Source: Bacillota bacterium (GTDB taxonomy: Bacteria > Bacillota > Clostridia > Christensenellales > SZUA-584). From it: a stretch of DNA of 64,000 nt. Each line of letters starts with the position of its first letter. Position 1 is the first letter of the stretch. Made by a program: the position numbers and the translations under genes. Under the pieces are notes generated by a model that was not told where the DNA came from, ran no database searches, and was given only the letters and a program-made list of their open reading frames with translations. Shown one piece after another: positions 1 to 9,889 of the stretch. The DNA is taken from positions 1,127 through 65,126 of the forward strand of contig JAEYLC010000007.1 in assembly GCA_023461435.1 (NCBI GenBank). Direction: 5' to 3'.

Positions 1-1365
1 GAGCTAGAGGCCGAGGTTGTCACGCCGCAGGAGATTCAATGCCGCGTGATCACGGGCGGGCTTTTGAAGGACAACAAGTCGATCAATGTGCCGAGCGTGC
101 ACATGCAGATGGACTACATCAGCGAGAAAGACCGGAGCGACATACTCTTTGGCATCGAAAACGATGTGGATTTCATCGCGGCCTCTTTTTGCCGGACGGC
201 GCAGGACGTGCTTGAGGTGCGGCAGATACTCGAGAAGAACGGCGGCAAGAGCATACAGATCATCGCGAAGATCGAAAACGAGAGCGGCGTTAATAACATC
301 GACGAGATCATCAAGGTCAGCGACGGCATCATGATCGCGCGCGGCGATATGGGCGTCGAGCTCGATATCGTCGAGCTGCCGCGCATCCAGAAGCTGCTGA
401 TCAAAAAAGCATATTCGGCAGGCCGCAAGGTCATCACCGCGACGCAGATGCTCGACTCGATGATCCACAACCCGAGGCCCACGCGCGCCGAGGCGACGGA
501 TGTGGCCAACGCGGTTTACGACGGCACCAGCGCGATCATGCTGTCCGGCGAAACGGCGGTGGGTAAACATCCGATCGAGAGCCTTGTCACGATGTCGCGC
601 ATTGCCGAAAAAACGGAGAACAACATCCACTACAAAACGCGTTTTAACACAAGGCTGCCCGAGATCTGCACGAGCGTGACAAGCGCGATATCTCTCGCGA
701 CCTGCTCGACGGCGCACAGCCTCGGCGCGAGCGCGATCATCGCGTTCACCAAATCGGGCCGCACCGCGAGAATGGTCTCGAGCTTCCGCCCGGCCATACC
801 GATCATCGCGTGCTCGCCCGTCGAAAAGGTCTGCAACCAGCTCGCGCTGTCGTGGGGCGTCTGCCCCGTGCTCGGCGAGGAGCAGGACAACACGGATATG
901 CTCTTTGAGCATGCGGTGGACCGTGCCAAATCGACCGGGCTCGTGAAGCACGGCGAGGTGGTGGTGATCACGGCGGGCGTGCCCATCGGTATCAGCGGCA
1001 CCACCAACACGTTAAAGGTCCATATCGTCGGCAATGTGCTCGTGAAAGGAACGGGCTACAACAACATGGCCGTCAGCGGCAAGCTGTGCGTGGCCGCCAA
1101 TGAGCAGGTGGCGCGCGCGCTTTTTGAACCGGGTGATATACTCGTGATCCCGCGGACGAGCAACGCGCTGATGGATCTGTTAAAGGAAGCGTCCGGCATC
1201 ATCACCGAGCAGAGCGGCATGGATTCGCATGCGGTCATCGTAGGGCTCACGCTCGGCATCCCCGTGCTCTGCGATGTCGATAACGCGACGAGCATACTCA
1301 AAAACGGCACCACCGTCACGCTCGATACGTCGCGCGGCATGGTGTACACCGGCATTCCGCAGTAA
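1..1365 (+). CDS. pyk: pyruvate kinase, 5'-truncated by the window edge, with a C-terminal PEP-utilising-enzyme mobile domain
   Basis: Frame 1 is open from nt 1, so the Met at 46 is internal. Motifs IARGDMGVE, ATQMLDSM and PTRAEATDV are typical of pyruvate kinase. The C-terminal ~90 aa (GIITEQSGMDSHAVIVG) resembles the PEP-utiliser swivel domain found on some Firmicute enzymes. Confidence 0.93.
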   Translation, partial: ELEAEVVTPQEIQCRVITGGLLKDNKSINVPSVHMQMDYISEKDRSDILFGIENDVDFIAASFCRTAQDVLEVRQILEKNGGKSIQIIAKIENESGVNNIDEIIKVSDGIMIARGDMGVELDIVELPRIQKLLIKKAYSAGRKVITATQMLDSMIHNPRPTRAEATDVANAVYDGTSAIMLSGETAVGKHPIESLVTMSRIAEKTENNIHYKTRFNTRLPEICTSVTSAISLATCSTAHSLGASAIIAFTKSGRTARMVSSFRPAIPIIACSPVEKVCNQLALSWGVCPVLGEEQDNTDMLFEHAVDRAKSTGLVKHGEVVVITAGVPIGISGTTNTLKVHIVGNVLVKGTGYNNMAVSGKLCVAANEQVARALFEPGDILVIPRTSNALMDLLKEASGIITEQSGMDSHAVIVGLTLGIPVLCDVDNATSILKNGTTVTLDTSRGMVYTGIPQ

Positions 1366-1413
1366 CCAATCTGCCAAACACAGGAGGAAAGGCGCCCACG
1401 CGCCCCAGCAGCA

Positions 1414-2586
1414 ATGAAATTATCTTCTTTGATGAACGACCTGTCTTCGGGAATATTTACGGAGCTTGCCAAAGAAAAACTAAAGCTTAAGGCCAGCGGC
1501 ATGGATGTGATTGACCTCAGCGTGGGCACGCCCAATATCCCGCCCACTCAGGCGATCAAGCAGACCATCGCGGACGAGGCGCTCAAGGACGACAGCTACA
1601 TATACGCGATCGACGACCTGCCGGAGTTGCGCCAAGCCGCTTCGAACTGGTATCAAAAGCGGTACGGCGTGGATATCGAGGCGGACTCCGAGGTGTGCGC
1701 GGTGCTCGGCACGCAGGAGGGGCTTGCGCATTGCTGCCTGCCCGTGATCGATCCGGGCGATACCGTGATATTGCAGGACCCGTGCTATCCCGCGTTTTTC
1801 GTGGGCGCCGCGCTTGCGCGCGCGGATGTGTTCCGCGTGCCGCAGAGGCCCGAAAACGGCTTCATCATCGATTTTGGTGACATCCCTGAAAATGTGGCCC
1901 GGCGCGCGAAGCTCATGATCGTCTCGTACCCGAACAACCCGACGACGGCGGTCGCGCCGCCCGCGTTTTACGACGAGCTCATCGCGTTTGCGAACAAATA
2001 TGACATATTTGTGATTCACGACAACGCCTACAGTGAGCTCAGTTTCGACGGGCTGCGCGTGGGGAGCTTTCTCGCCCATAAGGGCGCGAAGCAGATCGGC
2101 GCGGAATTCAACTCGCTCTCGAAGTCGTACGGGTACGCGGGCGCGCGGCTCGGGTTCTGTGTGGGCAACAGCGAGTACATCTCGGCGCTCAAGCAGCTCA
2201 AGTCCAACACGGATTACGGCATATTTTTGCCCGTGCAGCAGGCAGGCATCTGCGCGCTGCGCAGCGACGAGTGCGTGGTGCGCGAGACGTCGGCGGCATA
2301 TGAAAAACGCCGCGACATTTTGATCAGCGCGTTTGCGTCGCACGGCTGGCAGATCGACAAGCCGCGCGCGACGATGTTCGTATGGGCGAAGATTCCCGAA
2401 GCGTTCGGTTCCGACGATGTCGCGTTCGTCCAGCAGCTCATGAAGGAGACGGGCGTGCTCGTGGTGCCGGGCAGCGCGTTTGGCGGCTGCGGCAAGGGTT
2501 ATGTGCGCATCGCGCTCGTGCAGAATGAAGACCGCATACTGACCGCGGCCGAGAGGATAGGCGTGTTTTTAAGAAAATCTCAGTAA
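1414..2586 (+). CDS. class I/II (fold-type I) PLP-dependent aminotransferase
   Basis: 390-aa ORF with YPNNPT and SLSKSYGYAGARLG (PLP-lysine context). No alternative in-frame start lies upstream. Substrate specificity cannot be told from the sequence alone. Confidence 0.85.
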   Translation: MKLSSLMNDLSSGIFTELAKEKLKLKASGMDVIDLSVGTPNIPPTQAIKQTIADEALKDDSYIYAIDDLPELRQAASNWYQKRYGVDIEADSEVCAVLGTQEGLAHCCLPVIDPGDTVILQDPCYPAFFVGAALARADVFRVPQRPENGFIIDFGDIPENVARRAKLMIVSYPNNPTTAVAPPAFYDELIAFANKYDIFVIHDNAYSELSFDGLRVGSFLAHKGAKQIGAEFNSLSKSYGYAGARLGFCVGNSEYISALKQLKSNTDYGIFLPVQQAGICALRSDECVVRETSAAYEKRRDILISAFASHGWQIDKPRATMFVWAKIPEAFGSDDVAFVQQLMKETGVLVVPGSAFGGCGKGYVRIALVQNEDRILTAAERIGVFLRKSQ

Positions 2587-2605
2587 AGTTCTCGAGGTGT
2601 CAATA

Positions 2606-3052
2606 ATGGTTGAAATACGGCCTATTACCGATGAAGATCAAGCTCTTGTTCAAAGCTTCTTGACGGCTTGTCTGCCCGAATCGAATCGAGCTTTTGAGCC
2701 GGATGGCAGGCATTGTAAGCTCAAGGACATCCAGCGGTATTTTAAACAATTTTGGTGCCTGTCTATTGACGGCTGTCTCGCAGGGACTGTGGGTATCAGC
2801 GAACTCAGCAAAACGGCGTGCGAATTGAAAACACTTTTTGTGCTCAAGCAGTACCACGGCAACGGTTATGGTGAGCAGCTAGCCCGTCATGCGATTGCGT
2901 TTGCGCAAAGCGCAGGCTATACGGATATCTATCTGGACACCATGTCAGAAAGCAAGGCCGTTATTTTTCTGTATAAAAAGCTGGGCTTTACCAAAACGGA
3001 ACGTTATAACGATAACCCCGTGGCCGATGTATTCATGAAACGCCGTTTATAA
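2606..3052 (+). CDS. GNAT family N-acetyltransferase
   Basis: ~148 aa with the acetyl-CoA binding pattern (VLKQYHGNGYGEQLARHAI). ATG 2606 lies 6 nt after GAGGTG and is preferred over GTG 2597. G+C is lower than in the upstream genes. Confidence 0.75.
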   Translation: MVEIRPITDEDQALVQSFLTACLPESNRAFEPDGRHCKLKDIQRYFKQFWCLSIDGCLAGTVGISELSKTACELKTLFVLKQYHGNGYGEQLARHAIAFAQSAGYTDIYLDTMSESKAVIFLYKKLGFTKTERYNDNPVADVFMKRRL

Positions 3053-3204
3053 TTCAGTAAAATAAATGTGACCATTCATAAATATGTAATTCCGCCCAAT
3101 CATCTTCATATGTTGGGCAGAATTACTCCCGGTTCCATACTTGGGGAAACCCTTCGCACGTTTCCTTGCACCTCCATAAATCATGTTCCAGACAGGAACA
3201 AATT

Positions 3205-4512
3205 TTAAACGGTCTGCTTGTATACAATATTATTAATATATCTTCGTTTCATTAACATATACAAGGCAACCTGAATCAGGATATAGATGGAATCCGCGCA
3301 TATACAATACGCCATTATCGTAACCGGCTTCGCCCTTATATTGTCCAGAGCTATAAAAGGGATGATGATAATAACCCCTAATATCAATGGTAAAAAGAAT
3401 AATGTTTTCAGCTCTAACGCAATATATCGTTTCACTTCCCGTTTGCAAATACCCATCCTAAATAGGTTCCGATACCTAATTCGTTCCCCTTCGATTTCTG
3501 AAAACAGTTTGAAATAGATAATACAGCCCACCGCAGCAAAGAATAAGGCTGCAATAAATATGGAGACAAAAAGAAGCATCATACCCTCCTGCAGACGAGA
3601 GCCAACACCTGTTAAATAGGCCGAAAACGATGTTCCCACAAAATACATGATGAGCGTGTTAAGGATGGTCATGATATATAGGGCTGTTTTGCTTCTCGTT
3701 AGTTTATATATCAGTTCACTGTAACCGAGTATATTCTGGTGATATAGACGCTTTTTTTCTCGAATTGCATCAAGAAGAATTGGCCCCAATTGAGTGACAA
3801 TCCAATATAACCCCAAGAAACACAAAATCGCAAAAATAACGGAATCTTCCGGAACATATATAATCTCATTGAATTTGATCGTAAAGGCTAGTAAAATCAG
3901 AATGCAGCCCGCAACCACAAGAATAGGACGTTTTCGCTCCGTAGCCTCGGTGCGACGAGTGTACCGTAGTAAATCACTGAGCTCGAGTTTCCTGACTTCG
4001 CGGTTGCTCCATAGTGTCAAGAATAAAAAAGTCGAAAGAAACACACCTATTGCAAACGCAAACTCAGCCACATTTAGACTATACTGAACCAAATCTTGCC
4101 CAAGCATATCAATAATCACCATAAAAAACAATCTGGAAAACAGGATTCCCGGCACTAAACCTGCGACGAGTGAAGCTGCTATGATCAATGTGTTTTCAAT
4201 CCGAATCACCCTGCCCATCTCTTTTCCGGTCACGCCGAGTGTAATAAACAGACCCATATTCCGATTCCTCGATTTTACAAAGGTCATGAAAGCATAACCG
4301 AGAAACATGACAGCAAAAACAGTTACGGCTATGACTGCGGTTTTCAGTCGGTCTTTAGTAAGAAAACTTATTGAATTTTGAATTTCATTATTGAACATAA
4401 GTGTGGAATACAAAAAAAGGATCATCACGGTACAGCTATTGCATATGAAAAAGGAAAGATATCGCCTTGCATGCATTTTAAAATCTTTTATGGCAATTTG
4501 ATTAAACGTCAT
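3205..4512 (-). CDS. FtsX-family ABC permease with BceB-like 10-TM topology but no large extracellular domain
   Basis: ATG 4512 overlaps the ATPase stop (ATGACGTTTAA, 4502-4512). Ten hydrophobic segments read by eye. The loop between segments 7 and 8 is only ~10 aa (TGVGSRLQEG). The ORF-track start at 4656 would overlap the ATPase gene by 155 nt. Confidence 0.75.
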   Translation of the reverse strand: MTFNQIAIKDFKMHARRYLSFFICNSCTVMILFLYSTLMFNNEIQNSISFLTKDRLKTAVIAVTVFAVMFLGYAFMTFVKSRNRNMGLFITLGVTGKEMGRVIRIENTLIIAASLVAGLVPGILFSRLFFMVIIDMLGQDLVQYSLNVAEFAFAIGVFLSTFLFLTLWSNREVRKLELSDLLRYTRRTEATERKRPILVVAGCILILLAFTIKFNEIIYVPEDSVIFAILCFLGLYWIVTQLGPILLDAIREKKRLYHQNILGYSELIYKLTRSKTALYIMTILNTLIMYFVGTSFSAYLTGVGSRLQEGMMLLFVSIFIAALFFAAVGCIIYFKLFSEIEGERIRYRNLFRMGICKREVKRYIALELKTLFFLPLILGVIIIIPFIALDNIRAKPVTIMAYCICADSIYILIQVALYMLMKRRYINNIVYKQTV

Positions 4513-5266
4513 ATCGTTCACCCCCCAATAGCGCAAGGCAATCCAATATCTGATCAAAAAAGGCCTTACGCGCTTCTTTTCGCCTGATTTCCAAGGATAT
4601 CGAACCATCGCGAATAAATACGATTCTGCTGCAATAGCTTGCAGAAAAAGGATCATGGGTGACCATTAGCAGCGTATTTCTTTTGACTTTGTTTATCATC
4701 TCCATGTATTGCATAACGGATTTTGCAGCCTTCGAATCGAGATTTCCCGTTGGTTCATCTGCAAATATAATTGCGGGATCATTGACAAGTGCCCTTCCGA
4801 TAGCCGCACGCTGCTGTTGTCCGCCGGATACGTTATTAGGGTATTTATCAGCAATATCTGTAATCTCCAAAAGGGATAAAATATACTCTGCCCTGACTTC
4901 AATATCGGATATGCTTCGCTTATCCAGTATCATGGGAAGTGTGACATTCTCCTTCATCGTCAAACTGTCAAGCAGATTAAAATCCTGAAACACATACCCC
5001 ATGTTTCTGCGCCGAAATAGGGCAAGCTCATCTCTGCCCATATCGTGTATACTCATACCACCAATCTCCACAGTACCACTTGTCGCTTTGTCCAGTCCGC
5101 TCAAAATATTCAGAAGGGTGGTCTTGCCGCTTCCCGACGGACCCATAATACCTAAGAATTCACCCTTTTCGACAGACAGATCAATCCCTTCAAGAGCCTT
5201 TGTTGAGGTTGTATTCTTTGTTCCCCCATATATTTTCGTTATTCCAGACATTCTCAATCCGATCAT
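4502..5266 (-). CDS. ABC transporter ATP-binding protein (MacB/BceA-like)
   Basis: Walker A GPSGSGKTT, signature LSGGQQQRAAIGRAL, Walker B IIFADEPTGNLD. The start is either ATG 5266 (MIGLRMSGITKIYGG) or the upstream 5311. Confidence 0.9.
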   Translation of the reverse strand: MIGLRMSGITKIYGGTKNTTSTKALEGIDLSVEKGEFLGIMGPSGSGKTTLLNILSGLDKATSGTVEIGGMSIHDMGRDELALFRRRNMGYVFQDFNLLDSLTMKENVTLPMILDKRSISDIEVRAEYILSLLEITDIADKYPNNVSGGQQQRAAIGRALVNDPAIIFADEPTGNLDSKAAKSVMQYMEMINKVKRNTLLMVTHDPFSASYCSRIVFIRDGSISLEIRRKEARKAFFDQILDCLALLGGERYDV

Positions 5267-5349
5267 ATTGCGTCTTTCACCTTTCATTTGTATCTTGCTC
5301 ATTTTATACAACCTGCAAGATGTCTGCCATTCATTAATATGACGAAAGA

Positions 5350-6366
5350 TTACGTTTTTGTAAGATATGTAATGGTCACTTCCGTGCCGCAGTCGGGTTT
5401 TGACTCTATATTCAGACGATGCCCGAGTTTGTCAGCAATTAAGGCGCATAGGTATAGGCCTATTCCCGTCGCATTTTTAACCTTTCTGCCGTTTTCTCCA
5501 GTAAAAAAAGGTTCAAATACCCGTTTCAAATCATATGGAGGTATTCCAATACCGTAATCTTTAATGGTCAATGTGGCATAACCGCTACGTTCGGCAATAA
5601 TGAATTGAATGTCTTTTCCTTTTCCATCAGCGCGGGAATATTTAATAGCATTTGAAACAAGCTGATCAATCAATATGTCGTTCCACTTGCTGTCTGTTAC
5701 CACAAGCAGTTCTTCCATCTCACACTCAATTCTTGGGAAAACCCGATTATAAATAAATTGCCGCTTCCTCAAATTTACGATCTTTCGAATCTCGAATATG
5801 AGATCAATACTTTCAGGAGCATAATCCTTAGAGAAATCACCAAGACGGATGATACTCAGCACCTGCTCCATTCCGGCGATAATTTTATCGTTTTCAGCTT
5901 GTATATCCCGGATTGCTTCTTGTGTATCCGGTTTTGTCCAATCTTGTTCTTGAATTATCAAACCAATAATTGAAGCGGGAGCCTTCATTGAATGGACCCA
6001 CTGTGAAAGAAAATAGTTCCGTTCTTTGTTTTCTTTTTGTATCACAGTTATCTTATCTATGTAAAATTGATGGATATTGTTAATGATCTCGGCAACTGTT
6101 TTATGCTCGAGCAATCGAGGATGTAAATCATAAAAAGGATTGGTAATACTTTGATATATGCCCCTAAACAGACTGTAATACCGCATCCATTGAATCACAA
6201 GAACAAAGATTAAAATGAATAATGAGATAGCAGCAGGGTAAACAATTTCAATGATTTTTCCGGTTGACAGGTGAAAAAAAAGTGTTAATAGTACGCTGCA
6301 AAGGAAATAACCTGCGATGAATATTAGCCGGTCGATAACAAAATTAATTAATATTCTTTTCTTCAT
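5350..6366 (-). CDS. intramembrane-sensing histidine kinase (BceS-like)
   Basis: Two N-terminal TM helices separated by a ~9-aa loop. H-box SQWVHSMKAPAS, N-box VSNAIKYS, G-boxes DYGIGIP and GIGLYL. Overlaps the regulator gene by 23 nt. Confidence 0.85.
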   Translation of the reverse strand: MKKRILINFVIDRLIFIAGYFLCSVLLTLFFHLSTGKIIEIVYPAAISLFILIFVLVIQWMRYYSLFRGIYQSITNPFYDLHPRLLEHKTVAEIINNIHQFYIDKITVIQKENKERNYFLSQWVHSMKAPASIIGLIIQEQDWTKPDTQEAIRDIQAENDKIIAGMEQVLSIIRLGDFSKDYAPESIDLIFEIRKIVNLRKRQFIYNRVFPRIECEMEELLVVTDSKWNDILIDQLVSNAIKYSRADGKGKDIQFIIAERSGYATLTIKDYGIGIPPYDLKRVFEPFFTGENGRKVKNATGIGLYLCALIADKLGHRLNIESKPDCGTEVTITYLTKT

Positions 6367-7075
6367 CTACATTGTCCAATAAACTGGAATCAAACATATA
6401 ACCCACACCTCGCTTTGTCTTGATCAACGCCGGAATTCCTAAACTGCTGAATTTATCCTTTAGTCTCTTTATATTCACAGAAAGAGTATTGTCATCTACA
6501 AAGGAAATATCATCCCATAGTTCCTCCAGAAGATCTTCTCTGGATACAATACGATCTTTTTCCATAATGAGCTTCCGAATGAGTTTGCATTCATTCTTGC
6601 TCAATTCGATCCTTTCATTCTTATAAAATAACTTAAAACTGCCTTCATCCAGCCATATCCCCTTAACTTGAAGATCGTTGCGAGATGCATATTCATCACA
6701 TCTTCGAAATATGGATTTTATTTTTGACAGGAGTATTTCTAAGTTGATCGGCTTTGTAATATAATCATCCGCACCCAGTTCCATACCTAACGCCTGTTCA
6801 GCGATCCCATCTCTGCCTGAGATCATAATAATTGGGATTCTTGTTTTCTTTCTGAAAACCTTACAAAGATGAAACCCATCAAAATAGGGAAGATTTATAT
6901 CCAAAAGAACCATGTGGGGGGTACACTCATTAAACTGCTCTATCACGTCCTCAAAATGATCGATAGCCCTAACATCATAACGGTATCGTATTAGATACTC
7001 CTTTATGTGCTCACGCAAGTATTCGTCATCTTCTATGAGCATAATCCTATACCCTTTATGGTCTGCACTTTTCAC
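6344..7075 (-). CDS. OmpR/PhoB-family response regulator (BceR-like)
   Basis: Receiver motifs IMLIEDDE, LLDINLPYFDG and YITKP. C-terminal winged helix (TKRGVGYMF). GTG start at 7075; ATG 7042 would truncate the first beta-strand. Confidence 0.9.
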   Translation of the reverse strand: MKSADHKGYRIMLIEDDEYLREHIKEYLIRYRYDVRAIDHFEDVIEQFNECTPHMVLLDINLPYFDGFHLCKVFRKKTRIPIIMISGRDGIAEQALGMELGADDYITKPINLEILLSKIKSIFRRCDEYASRNDLQVKGIWLDEGSFKLFYKNERIELSKNECKLIRKLIMEKDRIVSREDLLEELWDDISFVDDNTLSVNIKRLKDKFSSLGIPALIKTKRGVGYMFDSSLLDNVDEEKNIN

Positions 7076-7155
7076 GTTTTATACCTTACTTTTAAAATAA
7101 TAAAAACTTCTCAAATGGCAGCAGGATTGCTATTACTGTTAACCTGACAGACCGT

Positions 7156-8088
7156 TTATTCCATCAGCTCCAGCCCGAGATACTGAAAATGCATGGTATC
7201 AAGGCCCTCTTTAAAGTCTCCGCCCCACGTCCAGCCGTACTTTTCAAAAACAGCAATGACGCTTTCGGGAATATAATACGGCGAGCTCGCATTTCTTTTG
7301 TCCTTAACCCTGTAAAATAAATTATTCGCTTTGTTGATATCGATGCATGTCCCAAAGCTGTGCTGAGACAGATAAGGGTTTTTCCTGACCCAAGGCACTA
7401 CCATGCGGCGGTATCCGTAACCGGCAACCGTTTTGATCGGGAACTGTATATCAAGCGCATAAATCTCGTTGAAAATCGCCTGAACCTGAGCGGCCAGCTT
7501 GTAATGAATTTTTAACGACAGGCTTGACGGCACTTTCACTTTTTTGGATATCTTCCATACGGGCACAGTGACAGTGACTATATGCTTTGCAGCCTCTTTG
7601 CTGCCGTTATACCCCCACGGCGGCGACGTCATTTTATAGTACTTTGTTGTCGTGCCGAATATGTAGTTGTATCTGTCGTCACTGTTATCGAATATTGCCC
7701 CTTCAGCCGTCCATTCCTTGGCGGCGGGCGTTGTCAATGCACACACGTTGCCTTTGTATATGCCGGCTCGGGTACGCACAAACGCACAGTAATAATATGT
7801 TGTCTCAGGCGCAAGCCCTGTCACCAACACGTTCATCTTATCCCGTGCGACGGCTTTTGAAGCGATTTTCGTATCCAAAGCTTCAGGGCTCAGGCCATAG
7901 TAAAAGCCCTTCTCCCTGACTTTACTGTAAGCTGAGCTGGCACCCAATAATACTGCGCGGTCAGAATCGAGCACAATCGGGCCGTCTGTGTCCACAACGG
8001 GATCCGCCGCGGCGAACGCTGTTGTTGATGTGCTCAAAAAAAGTGCCGCCGTTATCACGACTGCCAAAACGAATTTTATTTTTTTCAT
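7156..8088 (-). CDS. secreted M15-family (VanY-like) D-Ala-D-Ala carboxypeptidase-type peptidase
   Basis: Signal peptide (AALFLSTSTTAFAAADP). Zinc-ligand motifs SQHSFGTCIDIN (SxHxxGxxxD) and GLDTMHFQY. Same strand as, and 80 nt upstream of, the response regulator gene. Confidence 0.7.
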   Translation of the reverse strand: MKKIKFVLAVVITAALFLSTSTTAFAAADPVVDTDGPIVLDSDRAVLLGASSAYSKVREKGFYYGLSPEALDTKIASKAVARDKMNVLVTGLAPETTYYYCAFVRTRAGIYKGNVCALTTPAAKEWTAEGAIFDNSDDRYNYIFGTTTKYYKMTSPPWGYNGSKEAAKHIVTVTVPVWKISKKVKVPSSLSLKIHYKLAAQVQAIFNEIYALDIQFPIKTVAGYGYRRMVVPWVRKNPYLSQHSFGTCIDINKANNLFYRVKDKRNASSPYYIPESVIAVFEKYGWTWGGDFKEGLDTMHFQYLGLELME

Positions 8089-8353
8089 CTCGTCACCCGT
8101 CCATAAACATTATTTAACCCCGTATATAACGGGCCTAATTATGGAACTATCTGTGTTGGCGATCATATATAAGCATAAATTATATATTAAATATATATAT
8201 GTATTAATTGGATGTCAACAATCGACAGCATGCGAGACACGCAGATAACGGTATTTTTCAAAAGCTCCAACTGTTCGACAAAAACAGCTGAACCCGTACA
8301 CAAACCGCCCCGGGTGATGGTATAATACCATCAAAACATACTAGGAGCGGATT

Positions 8354-9622
8354 ATGAAGCAGAAGCGCACCCTCCAGCAAAAGCTGGCCCTCAAACGCAC
8401 CAAAAAACCGCCCGCAATCATTTATCTCATACTCATCAACATCTGGCGGCTCGCGCTCAACAAAAAGCTCGGCATCCATTTTACATTCAATACGCGCCCA
8501 AGCCGGGATAAAAACCCGTACATACTGATCAGCAACCATGCGTCGCGCGTGGACTATCTGTACACCGCGCCCGCCGTGCTGCCGCATCGGCTCAACTATG
8601 TGGTGGGTTACAACGAGTTCTTCCGCTCTCACCTCTACCCGATATTCGCGCTGATGCACGCGATCCCCAAGCGCAATTTCGTGCCGGACCCGCACACGGT
8701 CCGGGAGATCATCCGCGTCATCCGTCAGGGCGGACGCGTCTGCCTGTTTCCCGAAGGCATGAGCTCGATATCGGGCGGCGGCCAGCCTTGCGCCGTCGGC
8801 AGCGGCAAGCTGTTAAAGTACCTCGGCGTCACGGTGTACTGCACGAAAATCGCGGGTGGCTATATGACCAACACCAAGCACTGCCTCGACCAGCGGCCGG
8901 GCCGCGTCGAGGTTGTGGTGGACAGGCTGTTCACACCCGAGCAGCTCCGCGAAATGAGCGCGGACGAGATACAGGATGTGCTGAACCGCGAGCTCGCGCA
9001 CGACGATTACCAGTGGAACAGGGAAGCGAGAGCCAGCTTCAACGGGAGCGGCGAGATGGCCAAGAACCTGCACGATCTGCTGTACCTCTGCCCCAAATGC
9101 GGCAGCGTTTATACAATGAGCGCGCAAGGCGATACCATCCGCTGCGAAGCGTGCGGCAACGGCGCCCGCATTAATGAGTACTACGATCTCGTGCCTCTTG
9201 ATGACAGCTGTGTGATCCCCGAGACGGTTTCCCACTGGTATCAGCTGCAGCGCGAGAAAGCCAAGGCGGAAGTCGCAGAAAATGGCTTTTCGTTCAGTGA
9301 GCGTGTGAAACTCGGGGTGCTGCCGGTATATAAACGTTTGAAGAAAGGCGCCACCTCCTTAATCGCGGGTGAGGGCGTGCTGTCGCTGTCACGCGAGGGC
9401 CTTAGGTTCGAGGGCACCAAGCACGGCGAACCCTTTTCGTTCACATTGCCGACCGATATGGTCCCCACTTATGGCATGTGCACCGACATCTCCCGGTTCT
9501 ATACGTTCTACAAAAGCGAGTTTTACGAATTCTATCCCGAACGAAACGACACGATGCGCTGGTTCCATCTGACTGAGGAGCTGCATCGCGCCTGCGGCGG
9601 CCAATGGCAATATTCTCTCTGA
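8354..9622 (+). CDS. PlsC-family lysophospholipid acyltransferase with a C-terminal zinc-ribbon-containing extension
   Basis: HX4D motif (NHASRVD) and FPEGMSS. The C-terminal ~190 aa contain CPKCG..x..CEACG. AGGAG lies 6 nt upstream of the ATG. Confidence 0.75.
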   Translation: MKQKRTLQQKLALKRTKKPPAIIYLILINIWRLALNKKLGIHFTFNTRPSRDKNPYILISNHASRVDYLYTAPAVLPHRLNYVVGYNEFFRSHLYPIFALMHAIPKRNFVPDPHTVREIIRVIRQGGRVCLFPEGMSSISGGGQPCAVGSGKLLKYLGVTVYCTKIAGGYMTNTKHCLDQRPGRVEVVVDRLFTPEQLREMSADEIQDVLNRELAHDDYQWNREARASFNGSGEMAKNLHDLLYLCPKCGSVYTMSAQGDTIRCEACGNGARINEYYDLVPLDDSCVIPETVSHWYQLQREKAKAEVAENGFSFSERVKLGVLPVYKRLKKGATSLIAGEGVLSLSREGLRFEGTKHGEPFSFTLPTDMVPTYGMCTDISRFYTFYKSEFYEFYPERNDTMRWFHLTEELHRACGGQWQYSL

Positions 9623-9889
9623 CCGTCAGAGAATGTACTTTTGGTCGTAAATGCATTAATAGCCGATAAGGAAAAGCTGAGTATATTTAACAAAAAAGGA
9701 TGAGATGTTTCGTCCTTTTTGTTTTGCTCAGCATATTTTGGGTATTAATATATTGGATACAATATCATGTATCAGCCTTCTGCATGGCATCGTACATTTG
9801 GAAGCGTAAAAAGGAGGACCGATTTTACGAGCAGGACTGCCCGTTTTTTATGTTAACACTAAAATTTACACTAAGGAGACCGAAACCAC

